Virus genome (UHGV): UHGV-1586850
DNA from: a virus
Length of the DNA stretch: 11,751 bases
Reading direction: 5' to 3' (one strand)
The position numbers were made by a program, and so were the translations under genes. Below, piece by piece: positions 1-7,859 of this stretch. Below the pieces are notes generated by a model. It did no database searches. It saw only the letters and a list, made by a program, of their open reading frames with translations, and was not told the DNA's origin. Numbering within the stretch: the stretch's first letter is position 1; each line of letters starts with the position of its first letter.

Positions 1-1
1 T

Positions 2-406
2 GCCACCATTGCGGCACTGATGACAGTTTACGATCAGGAGCTGCTCATGAAGGAGCTACGTAAACTCACCGGTCAGCCAACAGAATGTTTTTCTGCCCCG
101 AAGTACGGGAAACAGGAACACATCCCGGTGAACACGCTCCCCGTTAACCAGCCTCCCCGGTTCTTCGACGAATACATTCTGACACCGGAAAATAAAGCTG
201 AGCACGAAGAGATCAAAGCGGCGTTGTTCCGGGAAATCAGGAAGATTGCTGAAATGCAACTGGGGGGCGGGCTGGACAGAGTGATGGCGAGAGGAGAATG
301 GGAGTCGCTGTTTGAAAGAGTTTCCCCGGAATTACTTCCCCTCGCACTGGCTATCGGGATTATGCAGACAGCGGATAAACCTCACTTACGTTCATTAAAC
401 ACGTAA
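2..406 (+). CDS. Hypothetical protein, 5'-partial (frame open to the left window edge)
   Basis: No in-frame stop between position 2 and the first ATG at 20, and no Shine-Dalgarno before ATG 20, so the gene probably starts upstream of the window. Stop TAA at 404-406. No motif recognised. Confidence 0.4.
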   Translation, partial: ATIAALMTVYDQELLMKELRKLTGQPTECFSAPKYGKQEHIPVNTLPVNQPPRFFDEYILTPENKAEHEEIKAALFREIRKIAEMQLGGGLDRVMARGEWESLFERVSPELLPLALAIGIMQTADKPHLRSLNT

Positions 407-783
407 CGCATAATCCGGGATACGCATTCAGCGATGACTGCATTTTCACCGGTTTTTACTGCATCCAGAAGTGACTCTTTAAATGGTGCGGGCCGGGGCT
501 GCAGAAGGGTCGGCGTGGCATTGAGCAGACGGAGCGTTTTTTCCGTGAGGACGACATCAGCCGCTCCCACAGCCAGCAACTGAGAGTAACGAATATAGCT
601 GTTATCCCGAAGCCATATCAGCGTATCAATAAAATACCGGCACTTTTTCTGGTCGTGATCAACCTGGTCCGGGATATCGAAAAAACCAGAATAAATCAAA
701 ACCTGAGGTGCCGGATGCGTGTTCAGTAATCGGCAGAATATTTTGCCGGTGAGTGCATAAAAATCATCATTTAAGGAGTGCAT
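382..783 (-). CDS. Hypothetical protein (about 133 aa)
   Basis: 134-codon ORF on the minus strand with tandem ATGs (complement of 781-786). GGGGA SD-like element (complement of 790-794) lies 6 nt before the second ATG. Convergent 25-bp overlap with the preceding ORF. No motif recognised. Confidence 0.4.
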   Translation of the reverse strand: MHSLNDDFYALTGKIFCRLLNTHPAPQVLIYSGFFDIPDQVDHDQKKCRYFIDTLIWLRDNSYIRYSQLLAVGAADVVLTEKTLRLLNATPTLLQPRPAPFKESLLDAVKTGENAVIAECVSRIMRYVFNERK

Positions 784-784
784 C

Positions 785-1000
785 ATGAATCCCCGATTAA
801 CGTTAACAGAACATCAGCGCCGTGCTGAAGCAGTGAACAATGTTCTGGAAGATATTATCCGGTTACATCGCGGAGAACTGAGTGTCTGTCGTGCCGCTTT
901 TCATTTTCAGGGAATACAAAAGCAGTTTGATACTTCTGTTTTTGCAGAAGGTATTACTTATGCCCTGGACCGGATAAGGTCAGAAAATCGCCCCGGATAA
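785..1000 (+). CDS. Hypothetical small protein (71 aa)
   Basis: Strong SD AAGGAG (773-778) 6 nt upstream of ATG 785. Product unrecognised. Confidence 0.45.
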   Translation: MNPRLTLTEHQRRAEAVNNVLEDIIRLHRGELSVCRAAFHFQGIQKQFDTSVFAEGITYALDRIRSENRPG

Positions 1001-1056
1001 TCCCTAAACCACATTAACAGAAATCCCACTATCCCTGCCGCATCATGAAAGAACGA

Positions 1057-1087
1057 CCAGCCCGGTGCTTCGGACCCACCGGGCTGG
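1057..1087. other. GC-rich stem-loop (11-bp perfect stem, 9-nt loop) without a T-tract
   Basis: CCAGCCCGGTG (1057-1067) pairs perfectly with CACCGGGCTGG (1077-1087). No U-run follows on either strand, so it is not a canonical intrinsic terminator; could be an RNA structural element or REP-like hairpin. Confidence 0.3.
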
Positions 1088-1131
1088 CCATCGTCCCACA
1101 GAAGTGGCTGTGAGCCGACCGAGGTTCAGTC

Positions 1132-1143
1132 AGTCTCGCGAGA
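1132..1143. promoter_or_regulatory. Perfect 12-bp palindrome GTCTCGCGAGAC about 50 bp upstream of the methyltransferase start; candidate operator
   Basis: The sequence equals its own reverse complement. It sits just upstream of the AT-rich putative promoter region (1160-1180) of the Dam-like gene. Confidence 0.25.
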
Positions 1144-1191
1144 CCAGACTAGCCTGCCATATTTTTAATAATTGTAAAAGGCTTACAGATT

Positions 1192-1956
1192 ATGAAAATG
1201 AAGACATTACCCATCGTTCCATGGATTGGTGGCAAACGTCGCCTGGCAAAACACATCCTGCCGCTGTTTCCGGCGCATGAATGTTATGTGGAGCCGTTTT
1301 GTGGGGCAGCAGCGCTCTATTTTCTTAAGACACCCGGCAAGATCGAAGTCATCAATGATATCAACGGTGAACTGGTGAATCTGTACCGGGTGGTAAAGCA
1401 TCACCTGGAAGAATTTGTCCGCCAGTTCAAATGGGCGCTGGTCAGCCGTCAGATCTACAAATGGCTGCAGATCACCCCGGAAGAAACACTGACGGATATC
1501 CAGCGTGCGGCACGGTTCTACTACCTTCAGAAGCAGGCGTTTGGCGGCAAGGTGGCAGAGCACAGCTTCGGTACCTCCACCACATCCCCGCCACGCTTCA
1601 ACCTGCTGCGTATTGAAGAAGAACTGTCAGCAGCACACCTGCGGCTTTCCAGAACAGTCATAGAACACATGGACTGGCAACAGTGCATTGAGCGTTATGA
1701 TCGTCCGCACACACTGTTCTACTGCGACCCACCGTACCTGGGTACGGAAGGCTATGGTGTGGATTTTCCTGAAGGGAACTACTCGCGGCTGGCAGAGCTG
1801 GCCCGGTGCATCAGAGGAAAAATGATAATTTCGGTGAACGATATCCCACAGATGCGCGAGGTGTTCACTGGACTGAACATACAGACAGTGAACATCAACT
1901 ACAGTCTGGCGGGGAAATCTACGCCGCGCCGTGAACTGGTAATCTGCAACTTCTGA
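1192..1956 (+). CDS. Dam-family (D12 class) N6-adenine DNA methyltransferase, apparently orphan
   Basis: N-terminal VPWIGGKRRL (the xWxGGK signature of Dam-like enzymes), EPFCGAAALYF AdoMet-binding motif I variant, and catalytic DPPY at residues 179-182 (nt 1726-1737) in the Dam-typical position. No restriction endonuclease candidate adjacent. Confidence 0.9.
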   Translation: MKMKTLPIVPWIGGKRRLAKHILPLFPAHECYVEPFCGAAALYFLKTPGKIEVINDINGELVNLYRVVKHHLEEFVRQFKWALVSRQIYKWLQITPEETLTDIQRAARFYYLQKQAFGGKVAEHSFGTSTTSPPRFNLLRIEEELSAAHLRLSRTVIEHMDWQQCIERYDRPHTLFYCDPPYLGTEGYGVDFPEGNYSRLAELARCIRGKMIISVNDIPQMREVFTGLNIQTVNINYSLAGKSTPRRELVICNF

Positions 1957-1963
1957 AACAAAA

Positions 1964-1986
1964 CCGGAAAGCACAATGCTTTCCGG
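1964..1986 (-). terminator. Intrinsic terminator for the leftward repressor transcript
   Basis: Stem CCGGAAAGC (1964-1972) / GCTTTCCGG (1978-1986), loop ACAAT. On the minus strand the hairpin is followed by TTTTGTTTC (complement of 1951-1963). On the plus strand no T-tract follows, so it is a weak terminator at best for the methyltransferase. Confidence 0.5.
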
Positions 1987-2072
1987 TAAACCAAACAACT
2001 TCCACTATGTCACTGGCGATGTTTTCTGAAAGCATCCAGATCAACCACCTGTCCTTTGTGTCCAGGTCAAAA

Positions 2073-2411
2073 TCAGCCTGCGAGTTTGCTTGGTTTGGGT
2101 TGAATGAAGACTTTGCCGACCTCAAGAATTGCCCTCCGTTGTTCGGGGCTCATTTCGTCGAATGCATCCATTAACTCTTTCTTTTCTTGTGACACATAAG
2201 GTGCAACAACAGGCTGACTCCGCACCCCAGTAACTACATACAAAATATCTACACCGATTTCTGATAGTGCAGATAACTGCACTGCAGTAGGAGAAGTGCG
2301 ATCTTTTTCCCAATCAATGAAAGTTCTCTTTGCCACACCTATAGCATCAGCCAACCCTTGCTGTGTAAGAGATAGACGCTCTCTTTCTTCTTTAATACGT
2401 AACCCGATCAT
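2073..2411 (-). CDS. XRE-family HTH transcriptional repressor (prophage c/CI-like), about 112 aa
   Basis: Helix-turn-helix LSLTQQGLADAIGVAKRTFIDWEKDRTSP near the N-terminus if translation starts at the ATG at 2411. Leftward orientation, divergent from the early operon. The longer ORF-track model (GTG at 2564) would overlap the ner-like gene by 53 bp and lacks an SD. Confidence 0.7.
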   Translation of the reverse strand: MIGLRIKEERERLSLTQQGLADAIGVAKRTFIDWEKDRTSPTAVQLSALSEIGVDILYVVTGVRSQPVVAPYVSQEKKELMDAFDEMSPEQRRAILEVGKVFIQPKPSKLAG

Positions 2412-2458
2412 GTGAGTTTTTCTGCACTCTTTAAGTTGACTGGTGAGGTAATCTGCAC
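2412..2458. promoter_or_regulatory. Two 16-bp operator-like repeats GTGAG-N4-TCTGCAC (2412-2427 and 2443-2458)
   Basis: Direct repeat with 31-bp centre-to-centre spacing. Each copy is an imperfect dyad (GTGAG versus the complement of CTGCAC, i.e. GTGCAG). Copy 2 lies in the -35/-10 spacer of the early promoter. Confidence 0.4.
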
Positions 2459-2464
2459 CATAAT
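2436..2464 (+). promoter_or_regulatory. Candidate early promoter (Pe-like): TTGACT-N17-CATAAT
   Basis: -35 TTGACT (2436-2441), 17-bp spacer, -10 CATAAT (2459-2464). About 45 bp upstream of the ner-like start, whose SD AAAGGAGA is at 2499-2506. Confidence 0.5.
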
Positions 2465-2511
2465 CTATCACACATAAGGCAAACATCATTGCATCAACAA
2501 AGGAGACAACG

Positions 2512-2700
2512 ATGACTGCAGAACAAGTCAAAGCTCTCTTCCGCCAGCGCGGGATCACTTTCACCCGCTGGGCAGAAGAAAACGGCTACAACCGCAATGA
2601 GGTATACCGCGTTCTCAATGGGCAGACCAAAGCCCGTTACGGTAAATCCCATGAAATCGCCGTGAAGTTGGGGCTGAAATCAACAGCTCAGGCAGCCTGA
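2512..2700 (+). CDS. ner: Ner-like small DNA-binding regulator (Ner/Nlp family)
   Basis: 62 aa. The pattern of conserved residues (GY, Y/F-R-hL, IAxxLGL) aligns with my recollection of Mu Ner. It is the first gene of the rightward operon, divergent from the repressor, with a good SD. Confidence 0.7.
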   Translation: MTAEQVKALFRQRGITFTRWAEENGYNRNEVYRVLNGQTKARYGKSHEIAVKLGLKSTAQAA

Positions 2701-2752
2701 AGATTTTGAGTCTTTGTAAAAGGTTATCACATATCGCAAAAGAGGTATGCAG

Positions 2753-3061
2753 ATGAGTAAGACGAATGTTTCAAGCTCCGGCAGTCGCATCCTCCGGGTA
2801 CTCAAAGCGCTGCGCGGTCATGCCCTGAACGGTATTTCCAACGGTGAACTGGCGGCAGCACTGCACGAGTCACCGGCAAACATCAACCGGGCACTCAACA
2901 CCCTCATTGAAGAAGGGTTGGCCCTGAAACTGGAAAACGGGCGTTTCGCGCCGGGCATCCAGTTACTGCAGATCGCTATGGCCCACAGTAACGAGATGGC
3001 ACGTGCACAGGATCGCATTAACGAAATCAACCAACGTGTCATTTCAGGTAGTCGTTTGTAA
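2753..3061 (+). CDS. Hypothetical winged-helix-like DNA-binding protein (about 102 aa)
   Basis: SD AGAGG (2741-2745) is 7 nt before ATG 2753; the ATG at 2747 is too close to the SD. The N-terminal region ILRVLKALRGHALNGISNGELAAAL resembles IclR/MarR-type wHTH. Confidence 0.6.
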   Translation: MSKTNVSSSGSRILRVLKALRGHALNGISNGELAAALHESPANINRALNTLIEEGLALKLENGRFAPGIQLLQIAMAHSNEMARAQDRINEINQRVISGSRL

Positions 3062-3071
3062 GGAGTAATAA

Positions 3072-3983
3072 ATGGGACGCACCAAATCACCGATTAACAC
3101 TGAACTGAACGCCGAGGTACCGCTGTCGGATGATCTCAATGTCAGTCTGAACGCCATGACACAGCATCGTATGGAGATCATGCAGCAGTTTGGCGATGGT
3201 CAGCCCTATGAGCGTGATCGCATAGTTCATGAGGCTCGGTTTTATATGGCACAGAGCGCTGAGGCCATGCTGGAAGCAGGTAAACGACTTATTATTCTCA
3301 AAGAAAATGAACCTCACGGGGACTTTGTTGGAATTGTAGAAGAACAACTTGGTCTGCATGTGCGCGCAGCACAACGAATGATGAAAGCATCTTTGAAATA
3401 CCTTTCACCAAAACTAGAGCCAAAAGCGACAACGTTGTCGCTTTTAGGTAAGGCAAAATTATTTGAACTTGTTGCTGAAGATGACGACGACCTTGCTGAA
3501 CTGGCCGACGGTGGCACAGTTGCCGGACTGACGCTTGACGATGTTGATCGCATGTCAGTACGTGAATTGCGTCAGGCCCTGCGCGAAGCGCGCGAAACCA
3601 ACGCAGCACAACAGCGCGTACTCGCCGACAAAAATGAAAAAATAGATTCACTCTCCACCAGACTGGAGAAGAAATCCCGTATTCAGCCGCCTGAGCCTGA
3701 TGAGGAGGTTAAGAAGCTGCGGGCGGAAGTAACAGCATTAGCGGTTGAGGCGGAATCTGCTATCGCCGTCCGACTGTCCAGCGCTTTTGAGACGCTGTGC
3801 GCATATTGTGCTGAAAACATGATTGATACCCCCAGAGACTTCATGGCAGGCCTGGTCTGTCAACTGGAAAGCACAGCGCGTAGCCTGCGCTCCACATTTG
3901 ACCTGCCGGACGAGCCAACAGGCAATGCAGCGCCTTCATGGCTGACTGAGCCGACGCCACAGATTAACGGGCTGGAGGCATAA
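3072..3983 (+). CDS. Hypothetical protein (303 aa) with an acidic stretch and predicted coiled-coil
   Basis: SD AGGAG (3061-3065) 6 nt before the ATG. Acidic run AEDDDDLAELADGG and a heptad-like charged helical region. Stop is 3 nt before the transposase start (translational coupling). Confidence 0.65.
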   Translation: MGRTKSPINTELNAEVPLSDDLNVSLNAMTQHRMEIMQQFGDGQPYERDRIVHEARFYMAQSAEAMLEAGKRLIILKENEPHGDFVGIVEEQLGLHVRAAQRMMKASLKYLSPKLEPKATTLSLLGKAKLFELVAEDDDDLAELADGGTVAGLTLDDVDRMSVRELRQALREARETNAAQQRVLADKNEKIDSLSTRLEKKSRIQPPEPDEEVKKLRAEVTALAVEAESAIAVRLSSAFETLCAYCAENMIDTPRDFMAGLVCQLESTARSLRSTFDLPDEPTGNAAPSWLTEPTPQINGLEA

Positions 3984-3986
3984 CCA

Positions 3987-5756
3987 ATGAATGCTGCCCT
4001 GACTGAACGACTGGTTTATGTCGCCCGCGCGGCACGTGACGCGGGGCATGGTAAACGCGGCGCAGTATACGACGCTGCCTGTGCTGAACTTGGCATGTCC
4101 CGCGCCACTCTGCTGCGCAGGCTGAAGGAGGTATCTGTGACTGATAAACGCAAAAAACGCGCCGATGCCGGGCGCAGCGCCCTGACCCGCGACGAAGCCG
4201 CGCTGATATCTGCCACACTGCGTGAGGCCACCCGCAAGAACGGTAAGCGTCTCTATTCCATCGCGGATGCAGTGGAAACCCTGCGGGCTAACGGCTTTAT
4301 ATCCGCAGGCAGAACAGATGAAACCACCGGTGAGTTTTTCCCGTTGTCCGAAGATGCCATCAGCCGAGCCCTGCGTAACTATGGCCTGCACCCGGAACAA
4401 CTGGATGCCCCTGCACCGCATACCGAAGTGGCCAGTCTGCACCCCAATCATGTCTGGCAGATTGACGCCTCACTCTGCACGCTTTACTACCTGAGCAATG
4501 GACATAAAGGGCTGCAGGTGATGGACAGCGCGAAATTCTACAAAAACAAGCCCGCTAACCTTGCCCGTATCGCCAGTGACCGCGTGTGGAGTTACGAGAT
4601 TACCGACCATGCCAGCGGCTGGATTTACGTTGAGTATGTGACGGGTGCGGAATCCGGTGAGAACCTGTGTTCTGTGCTTATCAACGCCATGCAGGAGCGT
4701 GGCGGCGCAGACGTGCTGCACGGCGTGCCAAAAATACTCTATCTCGACCCCGGCTCGGCAAACACCGCGGGTATGACGAAAAACATGTGCCGCTCACTGG
4801 GCATCGACCTGATAGCGCACAAGCCGCATAACGCCCGCGCCACCGGACAGGTGGAAAAGGCGCGTGACATTATCGAACGCAAGCTGGAGCCGGGTCTGAA
4901 GTTCCGGCCGGTTCACAGTCTGGAAGAACTCAACGCGCTGGCCGCGAAATGGCGCAGCCACTTTAACGCCACGGCTGTTCACAGCCGCCACGGTAAAACC
5001 CGCACGGATATCTGGCTGAAGATTACTGCTGAGCAGCTGAAAAAAGCGCCTTCCGTTGAGGTATGTCGTGAACTGGCTGTGGCGGCACCAGAACTCCGCA
5101 AAGTCACGCCAAAACTTCGTGTCTCGTTCCGGGGCACTGAATTTGACGTATCAACGGTACCGGGCGTACTGGTCGGTGAAAAACTGATGATTACCCGTAA
5201 CCCGTGGCGCAGCGATGTGGCACAGGTGGTTCTGACCGGTGAGGACGGCCACGAGACGTTCTTCCTGGTCGAAGAGGTCAGAAAGAACGAGTTTGGCTTT
5301 GCTGAAGGCGCGGCGGTATTTGGCGAAAGTTACAAAGCCCTGCCGGAAACCCCGGCGCAGATGGCGGCAAAAGAAACCGAAGCGCTGGTCACCGGTACAG
5401 ACAACGCCGCAGATGCAGCTGCCGCACGCAAGGCGAAGGCGCTGCCGTTCGGCGGGCGGCTTGACCCGTATAAACATATTGATGACGCCACACTTCCGGC
5501 CTGTATACCGAAGCGTGGTCAGGCCTCTGACGTACGCGGGCCGCGCACTGAACAACGTCCCATGACTTATGTGGAGGCCGCGAAAGCCCTGCGCGATAAG
5601 TTCAGCGCCAACGGCTTTACCTGGACGCCGGAACATTACCGCCAGTTAACGGCACAGTATCCGGACGGCGTACCGGAAGCCGCACTGGATGAAGTCATGG
5701 CCACGCTGACCACGCCGGCCCGCAGCAGCGTTATCAGTATTGTTAACGGCAACTGA
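3987..5756 (+). CDS. DDE transposase/integrase-fold protein (Mu A-like; DD(35)E catalytic core)
   Basis: 589 aa, SD GGAGG (3974-3978). Candidate catalytic triad D160 (HVWQIDAS, nt 4464-4466), D254 (ILYLDPGS) and E290 (ATGQVEKA), with the 35-residue D-to-E spacing typical of the rve/retroviral-integrase superfamily. HTH-like N-terminus. Followed directly by an ATPase gene, as in Mu A/B. Confidence 0.85.
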   Translation: MNAALTERLVYVARAARDAGHGKRGAVYDAACAELGMSRATLLRRLKEVSVTDKRKKRADAGRSALTRDEAALISATLREATRKNGKRLYSIADAVETLRANGFISAGRTDETTGEFFPLSEDAISRALRNYGLHPEQLDAPAPHTEVASLHPNHVWQIDASLCTLYYLSNGHKGLQVMDSAKFYKNKPANLARIASDRVWSYEITDHASGWIYVEYVTGAESGENLCSVLINAMQERGGADVLHGVPKILYLDPGSANTAGMTKNMCRSLGIDLIAHKPHNARATGQVEKARDIIERKLEPGLKFRPVHSLEELNALAAKWRSHFNATAVHSRHGKTRTDIWLKITAEQLKKAPSVEVCRELAVAAPELRKVTPKLRVSFRGTEFDVSTVPGVLVGEKLMITRNPWRSDVAQVVLTGEDGHETFFLVEEVRKNEFGFAEGAAVFGESYKALPETPAQMAAKETEALVTGTDNAADAAAARKAKALPFGGRLDPYKHIDDATLPACIPKRGQASDVRGPRTEQRPMTYVEAAKALRDKFSANGFTWTPEHYRQLTAQYPDGVPEAALDEVMATLTTPARSSVISIVNGN

Positions 5757-5766
5757 GGAGGGAAAC

Positions 5767-6933
5767 ATGCTGGTACTGAAGCAGCAACTGAAAGAGGCCC
5801 GTATTCCACAGGCGGTGGTGGCGAGAGCTGTCGATGTTTCTGAGGCCACGCTGGCCCAGATTGTGAATCATAACGCGTGGCCCCGCACCAGCCCCGGAGA
5901 AGTGCGCCGGCGTCTTGCGTCCTGGCTGGAAAGTCAGGGGATTGATACAACGAAGAGTTTTGATGCTGTACAGGGCGCGGCCACGCCCCGTACAGCGGGT
6001 ACCACAGATAAAACGAGCCTCAGTGAGGAAGAGAATATGTTACTCAAAAAACAGGTGTTATTTCCAGCAACCAAAAAAGCGTTTGGTCTTTTCCGTGACC
6101 CGTTCGCCGACGAAGCCATGCAGGGTTCTGATGATGTGTTCACCACCCCGGATATTCGCTACGTGCGTGAGGCGTTGTACCAGACAGCCCGTCATGGTGG
6201 GTTTATGGCCGTCATCGGTGAGTCCGGTGCGGGTAAATCCACGCTGCGCCGCGACCTGACTGAACGTATCAACCGCGAGAATGCGCCGGTAATTGTTATC
6301 GAGCCATACATCATCGCTATGGAAGACAACGATGTGAAAGGGAAAACCCTGAAGGCAGCAGCGATTGCCGAAGCCATTATCAGTACCATCGCACCACTGG
6401 AAAGCATCAGACGCAGTCAGGACGCCCGCTTTCGCCAGTTGCATCGCGTCCTGAAAGACAGCAGCCAGGCGGGGTTCAGCCACGTTCTGGTGATTGAGGA
6501 GGCCCACAGTCTGCCCATTCCGACACTGAAACACCTCAAACGCTTTTTTGAGCTGGAGTCCGGTTTCAAAAAACTGCTGTCCATCGTGCTGATTGGCCAG
6601 CCGGAACTGGCGACAAAACTGTCTGAACGCAATATGGAAGTCCGTGAAGTCGTTCAGCGCTGTGAGGTGGTCGAACTTCTGCCTCTGGACAATAACCTTG
6701 AAGAGTTTCTGACGTTCAAACTGCAACGGGCCGGTAAACAACTGACGGACATTATGGACGCCAGCGCAGTGGATGCCATACGTGCCCGCCTGAGCAATCC
6801 GGGAAGTCATCGTAAAAATATGGTCAGCCTGCTGTATCCGCTGGCCGTCAGTAACCTGGTAATAGCCGCCATGAATCTGGCCGCTGAAATCGGGGTTCCA
6901 CAGGTCAACGCTGACGTTGTCAAAGGGGTTTAA
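5767..6933 (+). CDS. AAA+ ATPase transposition helper (Mu B-like / ExeA-type)
   Basis: Walker A GESGAGKST and Walker B VLVIEEAH; N-terminal HTH-like segment. Start placed at ATG 5767 with SD GAGGAGGG (5754-5761), not the TTG at 5740 used by the ORF track. Confidence 0.8.
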   Translation: MLVLKQQLKEARIPQAVVARAVDVSEATLAQIVNHNAWPRTSPGEVRRRLASWLESQGIDTTKSFDAVQGAATPRTAGTTDKTSLSEEENMLLKKQVLFPATKKAFGLFRDPFADEAMQGSDDVFTTPDIRYVREALYQTARHGGFMAVIGESGAGKSTLRRDLTERINRENAPVIVIEPYIIAMEDNDVKGKTLKAAAIAEAIISTIAPLESIRRSQDARFRQLHRVLKDSSQAGFSHVLVIEEAHSLPIPTLKHLKRFFELESGFKKLLSIVLIGQPELATKLSERNMEVREVVQRCEVVELLPLDNNLEEFLTFKLQRAGKQLTDIMDASAVDAIRARLSNPGSHRKNMVSLLYPLAVSNLVIAAMNLAAEIGVPQVNADVVKGV

Positions 6934-6935
6934 TA

Positions 6936-7205
6936 ATGAAATCCACCACAGGTATCAACCAGCAAATCAGCAAAGTGCAGTCAGCCATTATGGCGCTTAA
7001 GGCGACGAACACGGATGTACAAAGCATCACCATCAGGGGTAACAAACCTGTCATCCGCGTTTCCCGGAGTGCGCATTGCATGCGCATGCTTGAGCAGGGA
7101 AAGGCCTGTTATCTGTATACCGGTCATGACCACAGGGGACATTTCCGTCAGGGCGTTTTCGAACTGCACGGCTGTCGCGTCGTGTGGCCGGAATCTTTGT
7201 GGTAA
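6936..7205 (+). CDS. Hypothetical early protein (89 aa)
   Basis: SD AAGGGG (6923-6928) 7 nt before the ATG; begins 2 nt after the B stop. Unrecognised. Confidence 0.55.
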   Translation: MKSTTGINQQISKVQSAIMALKATNTDVQSITIRGNKPVIRVSRSAHCMRMLEQGKACYLYTGHDHRGHFRQGVFELHGCRVVWPESLW

Positions 7206-7232
7206 TCAGCACAACAGGAGGAGTCATAAAAT

Positions 7233-7763
7233 ATGGCAAAAAGTACAAAAGGGGCAAAACGTATCAAAGCCGCAGCAGCACTCTGGGTGCCGGGGACACG
7301 CGAAGAGGTCATTGAGGGAATCAGACTGCTTGGTGACGCGCAACGTGAACTGGTCAGGGCTGAAACAGAAATGAATGACACCATTGGCGACATCACCGCA
7401 CGTTATGCCCCGCTCACCGAGAGCCTGAAAAAACGCATGGCCGAACTGCAGTCCGGTATTCAGACATGGTGTGAGGCACACCGTGATGAACTGACCGGCA
7501 ACGGGAAGGTGAAGTTCGCTAACCTCACCACCGGCGAGGTGCAGTGGCGAAACCGTCCGCCGTCAGTCAGTATCCGTGGGGCGGATAATGTTATTGAATT
7601 ACTGAGACGTCTGGGGCTTGAGCGCTTTATCCGTGTAAAGGAGGAAATAAATAAAGACGCCATCCTGAATGAAAAGGACGCCGTGAAAAATATTCCCGGT
7701 ATTACCATAAAAAGTGATATTGAGGATTTTTCAATAATTCCTTTTGAGCAGAATGTGCAGTAA
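7233..7763 (+). CDS. gam: Gam-like host-nuclease inhibitor (Mu Gam family, Ku-like DNA-end-binding protein)
   Basis: 176 aa. Conserved blocks matching my recollection of Mu Gam: AKRIKAAAA, ETEMND, WCEAHRDELT, RPPSVSIRG, GLERFIRVKEEINKDAIL, IEDFSIIPFEQ. Strong SD AGGAGGA (7216-7222). Confidence 0.9.
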   Translation: MAKSTKGAKRIKAAAALWVPGTREEVIEGIRLLGDAQRELVRAETEMNDTIGDITARYAPLTESLKKRMAELQSGIQTWCEAHRDELTGNGKVKFANLTTGEVQWRNRPPSVSIRGADNVIELLRRLGLERFIRVKEEINKDAILNEKDAVKNIPGITIKSDIEDFSIIPFEQNVQ

Positions 7764-7859
7764 AAACAGCATATAAGCTATTTAAAACAGCCTTTTCTTT
7801 TTTATTCCGGCATCAGCGCCGTGGGCTTCTGCACGCCGGAAACAGAGGAGAATTAAATC

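Noticed and set aside
1065-1280. 71-aa plus-strand ORF overlapping the methyltransferase start
   Set aside because: No SD, Arg/Ser-rich low-complexity product, and it overlaps the well-supported Dam-like gene in another frame.
1951-1963. GTTTCA-containing motifs (complement of 1951-1963, and 11502-11509) as possible Mu-type transposase end-binding sites
   Set aside because: Only the first 7 positions match the MuA site consensus as I recall it and the rest diverges. The left copy lies inside the methyltransferase coding end. Insufficient to call element termini.
1207-1998. Minus-strand ORFs 1207-1563 and 1627-1998, antisense to the methyltransferase
   Set aside because: They lie entirely within or against the strongly supported Dam-like CDS and have no motifs or RBS; typical antisense shadow ORFs.
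2073-2564. Full-length 163-aa repressor ORF with a GTG start, as given by the ORF track
   Set aside because: The extended N-terminus overlaps the ner-like gene by 53 bp, has no SD, and would place the operators and promoter inside coding sequence. The internal ATG at 2411 gives a canonical XRE-family layout.
5740-5766. TTG start for the B-like ATPase overlapping the end of the transposase gene
   Set aside because: An in-frame ATG at 5767 is preceded by GAGGAGGG at ideal spacing. The TTG extension adds nine residues with no support.
3936-6810. Long minus-strand ORFs antisense to the transposase and ATPase genes (3936-4451, 5151-5636, 6058-6810 and others)
   Set aside because: GC-rich coding DNA yields long antisense open frames. 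Their products are Cys/Arg/His-rich low-complexity sequences without RBS, while the sense genes carry clear catalytic motifs.
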